Below are positions 37,981 to 48,918 of a stretch of DNA of 60,945 nt, piece by piece (the first letter of the stretch is position 1; each line of letters starts with the position of its first letter). The notes under the pieces were generated by a model. It did no database searches. It saw only the letters and a list, made by a program, of their open reading frames with translations, and had not been told where the DNA came from. The translations under genes were made by a program, and so were the position numbers. Source of the DNA: Nemertoderma westbladi (Eukaryota; Animalia; Xenacoelomorpha); assembly GCA_032718475.1 (NCBI GenBank), contig JAUCBJ010003500.1:1-60945 (forward strand), written 5' to 3'.

Positions 37981-38525
37981 TGTGATGGGATCCAGATGGG
38001 ATCCCGGTTTATCCGGTTTTGTCAGTTCACGCGTCCCCGCCGTGTGTGAAGAGTAAAAGAGTTTCGGTTGTTCGACGTGTATAATGTTTGGGTATATGGA
38101 TATAGATACGGTATAATGGTGGATAAAGTTATTGCATATGGAAGGCGGGAGACGGTAATTGAAATCCCGGTACTTCCCTAACTAAACTATTGTAAGCTAC
38201 AGTAACACCAGTAACTAGCACTGAGATAACTGAACTGATATGATTACAGGTTACTGGTTATATTGCACGGTGGCCTTATTGCTACTCAATCGATGCCTTT
38301 CCCCCCTCCTGATTGGTTGGTACCCTTGTTGGCGCCCTTTGGAGTGTTCCCGTTCACTCCACCTGTTCTCTCTGGGTTAGGGGTTTGGCCCCTGACCCTC
38401 ATTGTGTGTTTCCTTCCCATTTTTATTGGGATGGCACGAGTTGGTTAAGTACCCAATCTCGTGGCTCCCAATATTGCTTATCGGCTTAACTTTATGGGGT
38501 GTTAGCGGGATTGAATAAGCTAACA
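37981..38525 (-). repeat. 5' LTR (545 bp)
   Basis: Direct repeat of 26157-26701 with TG/CA termini. Confidence 0.97.
38228..38262 (-). promoter_or_regulatory. Putative LTR core promoter: TATAA followed by tandem TCAGTT initiators
   Basis: Minus strand CAATATAACC...ATCAGTTCAGTT. The TATA starts 26 and 31 nt upstream of the two Inr adenines (38236, 38231). Confidence 0.5.
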
Positions 38526-39228
38526 CTTCAGTTTATAATAATTTACCAGGTTGGGTTGCCTTTGGTTACACTAACTTTATTTAAACTTCAGTTTATAATA
38601 ATTTACGTGGTTGGGTTGCCTTTGGTTACACAAACTTTATTTAAACTTCAATTTATATGTAATAATTTACCTGGTTGGGTTGCCTTTGGTTACACAAACT
38701 TTATTTAAACTAATTTACCGAATTGGGTTGCCTTTGGTTAAACAAACTTTATTTAAACTTCAGTTTATAATAATTTACCTGGTTGGGTTGCCTTTGGTTA
38801 AACAAACTTTATTTAAACTTCAGTTTATAATAATTTACTGGGTTTTTGTTGCCTTTGGTTACACAAACTTTATTTAAACTTCAGTTTATAATAATTTACC
38901 GGGTTTGGTTGCCTTTGGTTACACAAACTTTATTTAAACTTCAGTTTATAATAATTTACCGGGTTTGGTTGCCTTTGGTTACACAAACTTTATTTAAACT
39001 TCAGTTTATAATAATTTACCGGGTTTGGTTGCCTTTGGTTACACAAACTTTATTTAAACTTCAGTTCATAATAATTTACCGGGTTGGGTTGCCTTTGGTT
39101 ACACAAACTTTATTTAAACTTCAGTTCATAATAATTTACCGGGTTGGGTTGCCTTTGGTTACATAAACTTTATTTAAACTTCAGTTTATAATAATTTACC
39201 GGGTTGGGTTGCCTTTGGTTACACAAAC

Positions 39229-39234
39229 TTTATT
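39229..39234 (-). terminator. First AATAAA poly(A) signal downstream of the FReD gene stop, followed by GU-rich GTTTGTGT; repeated in almost every satellite monomer
   Basis: Minus strand TTTAAATAAAGTTTGTGT about 45 nt after the TAA. Confidence 0.7.
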
Positions 39235-39278
39235 TAAACGTCAGTTCATAATAATTTACCGGGTTGGGTTGCCTTTGG

Positions 39279-40018
39279 TTACACAAACTTAACTTTCATT
39301 TCAACCTTAACCGCGGGATCGTTACTGTTACCAACACACCAGTGTATACCTTCATTATCGTCTAATCCGTGTATTCCATTAAGATTTGAACATTGGCATT
39401 TGCGGCTTTGTTTGGTTTTGTACCACCATCCACCGCCTCCATCAGTAGTTAAACATGTCATCGATTCGATATCAGCTGATCCCTTTGCATAAAAAGGTGT
39501 TTCATGAAGACCATCTTGAATAATCATAGCATCGCCAGCATCTCCAAGGTAATCCTTGATATCTAAACTGAAAGCATTTCCTGATACTTTAAATTCTGAA
39601 TATTTTGCGTATTTCATTACCTCCAGTACACCGTCACTGTCGTCGTCCCACCACAGGTCAATCCGCAGCTGCGCCGTCCCTTGTTGAGTCAGTAGACGTA
39701 TCTTTTCCAATCCGAGCCAGTAATTCTTATCCGCCTTTCCGAAACCCGCGAGGTACTCACTGTAATCGCGATCGAAGATTTCAGATGCATCAACCCTGCG
39801 CTGTATAATCAACCAGGGTTCACCCTCAGTAGTGCGGTCGCATCTGACTTTGTTACCATCGTTGGTTAGACCGTAGGTGTCGTCATTAATTATATCTGTC
39901 TTCGCATTGTAGCATGGGTTTACTTTCAGCGGATCATACACAGTCGTGGTGGTGGGTGCGATGGTGGTTTTGGGTGTGGTATCTTTAGTCGGAATAGTTT
40001 CGGGTACGACTGTTGTAC
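39279..40018 (-). CDS. Terminal exon: Thr-rich linker plus fibrinogen C-terminal (FReD) domain
   Basis: VRCD..WLIIQRR..GFG..YWLGLEKI..LRIDL..GDAGD..GGWWY..C.SNLNG..GIHW..EMK. Acceptor AATATTTCAG at 40028-40019, phase 1; stop TAA at 39281-39279. Confidence 0.92.
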
Positions 40019-41435
40019 CTGAAATATTATTGCCATAAGTCACGGAATAGTAAGCATTAATTATCACCCCAGATTGATTGATTGATATGATTGATTGATA
40101 TGAGCCCGTACGGGCTCTTATATTTTTTTTAATATCAAGGATGACCGCACACAATATTAAAATTGTACAATCAGTATACTATACAGTATACAGTACAGTA
40201 GGCCTATACTATACGCAGTATTCCCTCAATATGCTCTGGTATACAGTTCAGGGGATAAGTAATTTGTGGGACAATATTTTGTTTTGGCACATAGGTAATA
40301 ATTTATTGCGTTGCATTAATAAATAATTATGGCGAATAATAATAGTTTGGCACAAAGTTTTTAGTAGTGGGCCTCCCGGCACAAAATGTTGTTTATTGAC
40401 GAAGTAATAGTGATCTAGGTTATAGTAATTCTAATTTAATTATCAATTATTTATCAATCAATTTAATTGGGGACGGTGCGGGGTTGCGGGGCTCCGATCT
40501 ACCCGATCGGTATTAACCGATCTCGTATTTACTTCGTTTGTGACTTTAGATAGGTAATATAATATAGATTAATTATTTAGGCTATTTAATAAACAACTTG
40601 TGCAGTTTACTATGTAAATTTACTATGGATATTCATTTAATTGTCAATTATTTATTGTTTTTGTTAAAAATGCCCATCTCAATTGCGGATATTTTCCAGT
40701 GTAATTAAAAAATGTTAAACCTTAAACATGAATAAAATTACTTGCCAGGTTACTTTAATTTACCATAAATTTCCAATTAATTCATTAAAGAACGTTGCAG
40801 TACAACTATACATGTGTCACTTTAATGAGTTCCCGTTTAATTGAATAATGTCCCAGTTTAAGTAAAAAAAATGGAAAATTTTAAATATCGGTAAATGTCC
40901 TTTAAAAAAAGGTGAACGTTCATTAAAAGTGTGGCTCTTTAAATAAAAAATATACAAAATAGTTTGATGTATCATGTATATTTCACTCCACAATTTAATA
41001 GGGCATATGTTTGGCAGTGTCACCCGTTTTGTCAGCGTGTCTGCCTAGCTCATTGTTAATTAAATAAATTGGAGATGAGCTGTTGCAACTGTAATTAAAG
41101 GTGTAATATTATGGGGGTGTTCAATGTTTGAAGACCCTTTTCTGAATTTTACCACTATTTCAACTGTTTCGGGATATTTGAGAACTCATGAATCAATATA
41201 CGCAAATTATATAGCATACAGTTGACAAACTACATGTACAGTATACCAAGTTTGATTTACTATTACTACACGTTCGTGGGGCCATCGCGCTGTACGAGGG
41301 TCAGTTATTGGATACAGATTAAAATTGAACAATTCTATCCTAAAATCGGTACTTAAGAAATTTAATTAATAAATTAGAAATTTAACCAAACCGCCTATAA
41401 GAATAAATCAAAGAAGAAAGGAAAGTTCCCCTTAC

Positions 41436-41456
41436 CTTATGCCGATAGTATTGATA
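41436..41456 (-). other. Candidate 21-nt micro-exon containing an in-frame stop
   Basis: AATATTTCAG|TATCAATACTATCGGCATAAG|GTAAGGG. The splice sites match those of the flanking exons. Confidence 0.35.
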
Positions 41457-42429
41457 CTGAAATATTAATTTATCATGTCAATGCCTCAACGAAATCATTT
41501 AGCTAATATCTAAAGAATCACCATTAAATTCAGCCAATCATTGTAGAAGATAGAGCAAGCTCAGTGGGAGGATGATTGGAATGTTTCCCATCTACTAGAG
41601 ACGGGCCTAGCGGCCCGTGAAGCAAGTCGTAGGAGACAATACGAGTCAAGTAAAAGCTTTTTGTTCTATCTGATAATAAATTAGTGTGAGGGTAGTCCCG
41701 GTGGTGTACGAAAAATTTTCTAGACAACTTCAAACTATAATTATTATGTTGTAATCATCTAATGAATTATAAAAGCTGTTGTGATTATAGAAGATAGAGA
41801 GCAGTTAGCGAAATGATTATTTTATTCTATCGGATAGAGTAGTCAGAGAGGAGTCGAGGTGTCAATTGATTAATAATAATAACAGCAGTTGTCATGAATT
41901 CAATACAATCGCGCACAAGAAGTGATAAGACAAATTCGTTCTTATTTTTGTAATAAATAAAACAAGTTGAGATATTTCAATGTAAACCGCGATTAACAAT
42001 TTACACTGTTCAATGTAAACCACGATATTAATTAAATACAACAATTATATTATTATTATAACAAATTTTTATATTTCAAACTATAATGTTAGCCTTATGG
42101 AGAATCATTCTGAGGCTGAGTAAACATTCAGCCTTATAAGCATACAGCCTCCACAGTATTAATGTTGGCGCAAAGATTTCAAAATAAAACAATAATGCAA
42201 TGAGAGCATAGTACAATACACTGTGTAGTCAACACACTGTTTAACTAACAGTCATTTAGCTTGCACGCCAATTAATTAACATAGCAAGGATGCATTGGGA
42301 AGAGTTATTCAGCTGAGACTGTAATAGTTAAACCAGTTTATGTTTGATTACTGTCTGGGTTGTAGAGTAGAGTGATAATAAAACTTGGCAGAGAAAGTAC
42401 TTCTTTGTTAGTTGCCCTTAACTATTGAA

Positions 42430-42725
42430 TGCATTACCAGGCCATCTCTATACATTTTTCATGAGTGCCAGCTGGTGTTTTATCATTGCGCCTATGGCAA
42501 ATTTCGTGTTTTGGGGCTATTTTTCGAAATAAAACAAGTTGAGATGTTTCAATTTAAACCGCGATTTCACAAGTACCCTTAGAAATCCATTTTCATGGTC
42601 CATGCAAAATTTCATCAAAATCATTAGAGCCGTTTTTGCTCTAGGTCAGTAGCCAGTAGTCAGTAGCCAGTCCAGTCAGTAGCTTTTTTTTCTTACAGTA
42701 ATCAAGTCTAACGACTTGCTAAATA
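42430..42725 (+). mobile_element. HINE/DINE-1-like non-autonomous rolling-circle element fragment
   Basis: CATGCAAAATTTCATCAAAATC core, CAGT-type microsatellite, terminal hairpin CAAGTC-TAAC-GACTTG. Left boundary approximate. Confidence 0.4.
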
Positions 42726-42944
42726 GGCAATATCAAGAATGCCAAGGAATGATGAGACTGGAAGTATAGAGTAATGGAATGCATTTTAACTTAATTACGT
42801 TTAGATCCATTAAAAACACATTTCTTAAAGCAAATCTCTTGAACTAATTAAAAACTATAATGGAATGGTGTATGGGGTTTACAACTGTATAACTTTTAAG
42901 TATAATTATTTAAATCTTATACTATAAAATAATTAATATCCTTT

Positions 42945-43237
42945 AAGGAGGCAGGTTGAAATTGATGTTTTTACCCTAATCAACTTAATTAACTAATTAA
43001 CTGCTATTATCTTAGCTTCTCGAAGGCCACGCGAAAATTCAACTTGGAAAATTTCTAAACTTTGGCCAGACTACATGTGTACCAAGTTTGGTTAAATTTC
43101 ATTAACATTTGGCTGAGTTATTAACGTTTAAATTGGACACAACAGATCAACAGAACAACAGATCGACAGACACACCGAATGATTTAGTGGTACCTATATG
43201 CTAAGCTCGCTTACTTTTTTCGCTCGCCCCACAACTA
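42945..43237 (+). mobile_element. Second HINE/DINE-1-like fragment
   Basis: CATGTGTACCAAGTTTGGTTAAAT core followed by an ACAG-type microsatellite and a CTATATGC motif. Boundaries approximate. Confidence 0.4.
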
Positions 43238-43629
43238 GCAGGGCCGGATTTAGATTGTGGGAGGCCCTAGGCCATAACTTTGTGGCAAGTCCCCCTAATA
43301 CATTTTTTACAAGTAAGGGGGGGGGGGGGGGGGGGGCATTAAATATTTAGGGACAGCTTTATGGTCAATGCAAATTTTCAAATATTTTCCTAGCACTTTC
43401 ATAAATAATAATTGCTAAAGTTTTTCGACAAATTTTTCGACCATGTTAAAATTGACTTCAAATTTAGCTACTTTTATAATGTACATAGCAACCAACTTTC
43501 GCTGGTTCCACCAACTTCCAATCGACGCCTAGACTGATTATCAGCCTGTCCAATCTATGATAAAATATTCGTAGAATTCTACGACATCGACACTATTTAC
43601 GTTTAATTATTATAACATTTTACCCTTAC

Positions 43630-44171
43630 CTGGTGGTTCTGGTGGTCCAGTTACTTCAGGTGATACTCCTGTTGTTATTACTTTAGGGGGTGTTTTATTA
43701 GGTACCCCAGTTATAGGTGCTACGGTTGTAGGTGCTACGGTTGTAGGTGGTACGGTTGTAGGTGGTACGGTTGTAGGTGCTTGTGTTATTGCTTTCGTTG
43801 TTGGTGGCAAGGTAGTTGTGGTTGTTGTAGTCGTCGTCGTCGGTGTAGTTGTTGTTGTAGTAGTAGTGGTAGTAGTTGTTGTTGTTGTTGTAGTGCAGGG
43901 TGGGCACGTATCGGCCACCACAGTAGTTGTTGTTGGCTTCGGGTTTAAGTTAATACCCCACACCCACCCATTTGGTGCTGCGTATTTCTCCCATATATAT
44001 AGCGAGCCGACTCCCCCCACGAGACCTGTTATTGAATATAACAGTACCAAACCTGTAACTATCAATCGTTTTTTCCGAAGCACCCTTTGTCTCTGTATTT
44101 TTCTGCGCATCCGTCTTTCCTCGACATTGTTAATTAAAGGGGCACTGAACGTCCGCGGGCTCAAAGTGTGT
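43630..44171 (-). CDS. Exon encoding basic juxtamembrane segment, transmembrane helix, CPPC and Thr/Pro mucin-like stalk of the FReD gene
   Basis: RKKR-LIVTGLVLLYSITGLVGGVGSLYIW, poly-Thr and PTTV repeats. Donor CAG|GTAAGG (phase 1) joins 40018 in frame. The 5' boundary is uncertain (AG at 44172, phase 2, or at 44237, phase 0). Confidence 0.85.
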
Positions 44172-45159
44172 CTGTTGTTAAATGTATTAGTGAAGCCCGT
44201 GCCAACACCACCATTATAGAATTCAGGCTTGTATAGCTATTTGTTATAATTATATTTATTAATGGTACGAAAATAATTAGTGAAGGAAAATTAATACTGT
44301 AGTATCATTAAATATAAGATTATATCTTAACTCCTTCTAAAGAAAAACTATTTACCTGCGGGAGAAGTGCTGCATTTTGTATTAAAATCTTATGAGTTCG
44401 TTACATCAACAGTACATAGCATTTAAGTGATTCTCTGGAAACATTATTATCTTTTATAAAAACTAGCTATTGGTGGCCTTTCGCTATCTATGTAATTTAT
44501 TCTGGTGTGGTGTATCGCACAATAACACAGTGACCGTACCGTACCTAACTCAACAATAGTAACCACGCCTAACTCAGCTATAGTTCCGTTCCTAACTCGG
44601 CATTACTGTGCTATGGGGGCAATACTATAATATGGGTACCCACTTTTTGGACTATTTTTTTTCATATGAAAATGGCTTTTATCATGAGGGTTTTTGTTCT
44701 AGAACAAATATTTGACCTTCTGTTTTTGTTTTTGTTTTTGTGTTAACTAGTACTTTTTATTACCTAGTGAAAAAAATTATAATTGAAAAGTTTAAAAAAA
44801 AAATTGACCAACTTTTTCTTGTGAAAAAGGTACGAATTTTTATAATTATAAATTAAATTTATATATTTATTTCTTTTTTATTAGTAATTTCTAAAATACC
44901 TGATGATATGGAAATTGTCCAAGGAAAAGGGGGCACTAAGTTTTTTTTTTGCTTTTGTAATTTTGAGAACACTTAAGTGGGGGTAGCACCCCCAAATTGA
45001 ACCTCACATTTTTGTGTCTCTGGACCATAAAATTGGGTGAAAATTATTCTTTGTGCTACTAAACATCGTCTGGATTGTGTGAGAATAACTAAACCAAATA
45101 TTTTTTAAAATTGGCCCCAAAATGGCTTCGTAAAAGCCAAAAGTGCCTTTTTGCGCCAA

Positions 45160-45435
45160 GGGCTATTTCTCCACCAATATTTGTGTGTCGAAATTTGGAA
45201 TAAAGGTTCAGATGAACGCTGCACCCAATTCTTCTGAACAAATTTTGCCTCAAATGCTCTGGAGCCTTTTTAGAATAAAAAGGCCCCAAAAAAGGGCTTT
45301 TTGGGCCTATTTGATATAAAAAGGTTCCAGGGCATTTCCAACCAAATTTGTTCAGAAGAAGTATGGAGAAGGGTAATCTTAACAAGTGTACCAAATTTCA
45401 ACTCATTTCAGTTAAAATTGGTGGAGAAATAGCCT
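45160..45435. mobile_element. Palindromic (MITE-like) non-autonomous DNA element core
   Basis: Nested inverted repeats CTATTTCTCCACCAAT/ATTGGTGGAGAAATAG and TTCTTCTGAACAAATTT/AAATTTGTTCAGAAGAA around a central palindrome. Confidence 0.55.
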
Positions 45436-46505
45436 TTATCATGAAAAAAAGTCATTCTGAGATATATACTGTATGGGTGTTTAAAGTTTAAAACACAATT
45501 CAAACCTTCCCGCTATTTTAGATAATACCATTTTTTCTATGTTCAACCATAACTTTGTCAAAAATGAATGAAATTCAATGAAATTTTCCATGCTTGCTAA
45601 ACATATATCTAGTAAAACAACTTTCTAGAAATTTTATTCATATCTGTACCAAAGAGAGCCTTTTTTATGAAAAGGGCCCCGTTAAATTGTGCTGCTCGAA
45701 GGTTTTTCAAAAATCAGACTACCTCTTACGTTTTGGGTAATAACTTGAGTTTGAGAAAAGATACGAGAAAGTACGTAGCAGCCCAGTTATGTTGCACCGT
45801 GGTGACGTTAGCCGTGACGTCAACAGTCAGTACACCAGTAATTAATTAAAAAAAATAGATTTTTTTAACATAAATCATTGTCAAAAAATGTAAACTGCTA
45901 TCATCTCCTCAATATTTTTTGTCATTAATGTATTCTGCAACAGTTTAAACATGAAATGTCAACGTTTACACATTTTATATAATTACGAAAAATAATAGAT
46001 AGTAAAAAAACACTAGCTACCATAAAAAAACATATTTACTAATGTAGGGGTGTGTCTGTTATCTGTCGCCAACATGGCGTTTCGCGTATTCGTGAAATGT
46101 TGAACTTAAATTACGTAAAATAACACTGAATTACTGTAATATAGTTGTGCTGTGCTAATAGTTAATAATCTTACTTATGCTTTTCATGTACCCCATATTA
46201 TTTAGACTCATCTACCTGTGTATTTCTATTGTCCAATTTAATTATGTATTTATTTTTACTATGTGCCTTAATGGCGTGGATTAAAGATAATAATAGTAAT
46301 GTTCTACAACACAAAAAATTGCACTATTTTTAGAAATTAAAAAAAAATGTTAATATATAATAATCATGTTTTGAAAAATTACTAGCTAGTCGATTAGCTA
46401 ATGTTCTAGAACACAATATTTTTTTTAATGTAGCAATGAAGGTAGTGGTGATATTACTATGCAAAAAGTACATAATTTCACTAATTAATATCAAAATATC
46501 AAAAT

Positions 46506-47950
46506 GGTCAATTCCATAAGAAATGGGCAAAAAAGTTAAAAAATAAAATGCATAATTTGTTATCACTGAATACACTTTCTGGTGCCATTTTTATCATAGA
46601 TTATGAATATCCGGCAATGAACAACAATTTAATTAAAATTCGATAAGCATGTCGAATAGTCGTTGGTATTACCATCACTATTACTATTTGACTGTTGCTA
46701 CCTGTTACCTGTTTCGTTAGGCCAATGATTTGACTTTCAAGATGGGTCATTGTTATAAATGTTGTCGCGCTCAAGTCTCAAGTAATGTTACCCCCCCCCC
46801 CCCCCCCCCCCATTCCTGTTAGCCCATGTATATAATTGTATTATTACTCATTTCCCTCATTTGATAACATCATTGCTTATTTTTACCGTCTCCATAACTT
46901 GCTCTTTTCCCCAAATTGGTAACATCTGTTTATTGTTTTGGAGAGAAAATAATAGTATGTTTTTGCTTATCAGTAATCTAGATTGAAACATTTTGAAATA
47001 TTGTATGTGTTTGGTGGGTGGGGGGTAACAGGAATGGGGGGGGGGGGGGGGGGGGAATCGCTAAGTGCGACGGTGGGAGGGGGGTAACAGCACGGGACGA
47101 TACTTCCATTGATTTATCCACATTTGTACAAATATAAGAATCTGGATAAGTCTGTTATAATTGGAACGTCCGACACCATAATTCCGACACAAAACGTCCG
47201 ACACCATTTAATTTACAATCAGACTGCAAAAACTGTGCGTTAGATTGATGATATTACAAAAGTTTGATATATATTAGTTAAACACATAGTTGCAGATTAT
47301 TGTGGTTAACCATAATTTAACCATTTAGCACCGCATAAAAAGTTTTCGAGAAATAAGTGATAAAAAATGTACAGTTCGATAAACATGCCATAGTTTGAAA
47401 AGTTGTGAACGAAATTATTTTATTTTTCTACCCCCGTACAGCAGAGATATTGTTTAAGACAAAGCGAATATGAACCCTCGCATTCATTACCAACAAAGTA
47501 CAAATAAAAGAACATGGATTAGTGGGCAAATCCAAACGTCCGACACCAAACGTCCGACACCATTTCAATTCCAATCAAACTACAAAAACTGTATGTTAGA
47601 TTTAGGATATTACAAAGGTTGGATTAATAATAGGTAGCCAAATAGTTGCTGATCACTGTGGTTAGCCAAAATTTGCAAAAGCTCTCATCGGCACTGTTAC
47701 ACGAATGTTTTAATTTTTAGCCAAAAATTACTGTCCCAAAACTCAAACGTCCGACACCCACTTTTTAAACTCGAATTTCTAGAAATCTAGTAGTTTTCAG
47801 TGGACTCATTATGTGTTCTCATATAGAGCTTCGAATTTGGGGTAGTATAAGCATTATTCTGGTTGATCTTGAATTAACAACTTCCTACAAATAGTAAAAA
47901 ACAACCGAAAATTTGGGTTTGCCCCAACGTCCGACACCATGGAATTGACC
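46506..47950. mobile_element. Non-autonomous DNA transposon, Sola-like
   Basis: 12-bp TIR GGTCAATTCCAT/ATGGAATTGACC, 4-bp TSD AAAT, six subterminal AACGTCCGACACC repeats in the right half. Confidence 0.7.
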
Positions 47951-48918
47951 AAATGCGACTGCATACGGAACTCTAGCCTATTAAAATTAGTGGGATATTT
48001 TTTGAACATCGTGTACAGTTTTCTGAATCCAAAACGTCCCTGATTGCGATCCAGCTATTATTCTAGGATGCCGGTAATAATTTAGGATTGTTAACTAGGC
48101 CTAACCAATAACCTAGGCCTAAACCGGTACATACGCAACATATTAATAAAATCAGATTTTAACATTTTAAATACGTACTATTAGTACTATTAGTATCACT
48201 CTGCTATCCTATGATGACTCTGCTATGGCTATCCTATGACTCTGCTATGGCACTATCCTCAGTAGCAAGAAATCCAGAAATTTCTGCAATATTAGGATCA
48301 CTCTGCTCCGGGCGTTTTAGAACATGACGCCCATCTCCACAGCATTCATTTTTTTAACAAGCAAGCAAAACTAATTTCAAATATGTGTACTTTTCTAACT
48401 ATAACATGAGAATAAATATATTCTAGAATTTAATAAAAAATGGTGTCTATAGTTTTAATTAACGGCAGAAAAATATTTTTTTTTTTTGGTATTTTAAAAA
48501 CAATATTAAAAAACACTAGCTACTAAAAAAAATTACTAGCTACAACTAAATCGAATGTCAGCAACCATATTCAAGAAAAAAATTTTCAAAAAAATGCCGT
48601 GGAAGTATCTTATTGAAATCAAAATTGGTCAAAAATGGTGACCCATACTATACCAGTGTCTATGCATTTCGCACAGCAAAATATTTTTGAATAATTGTTT
48701 TCTAATTATTACCACTTTTAAAATTAAAAATTAACTAGCTATATGTTCTTGAACATTATATTTTGTATTTATTTATGTTCTAGAATAGTGTATAATATTT
48801 ATATTTTGTTCTAGAACTCGACAATGTTGCCATGGTAACAATGATTTATGTTATAAAAATGTAGAGCTGCTAACGTCTCTCAGAAGATGAGAGATTTATG
48901 TTCTAAAACAAAAAAACG

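Larger units (their letters stand above)
26157..38525 (-). mobile_element. Full-length BEL/Pao LTR retrotransposon, 12,369 bp
   Basis: TG...CA 545-bp LTRs, 5-bp TSD CTTCA (26152-26156 and 38526-38530), gag-PR-RT-RH-IN order with Pao-type motifs (FYVDD, LHMFSDTSLEAYGA, NPADLLSRG, SDNGTNF). Confidence 0.97.
11908..39290. repeat. 60-bp tandem satellite, consensus ACACAAACTTTATTTAAACTTCAGTTTATAATAATTTACCGGGTTGGGTTGCCTTTGGTT; three segments 11908-16317, 18490-26156, 38526-39290; about 215 monomers
   Basis: 60-bp periodicity, with recurrent 48-bp (AAACTAATTTACCGAATT) and 64-bp (CAATTTATATGTAAT) variants. Register is conserved across both TE insertions. Confidence 0.99.

Noticed and set aside
11956-39166. 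Long hydrophobic ORFs (LPLVTQTLFKLQFIIIYRVG)n
   Set aside because: A by-product of a 60-bp monomer with one stop-free frame; frequent frameshifting indels, TTG-type starts, antisense to the real gene.
40019-40154. N-terminal part of the 291-aa FReD ORF as coding
   Set aside because: It lies upstream of a strong acceptor and includes an ATTG microsatellite; treated as intron.
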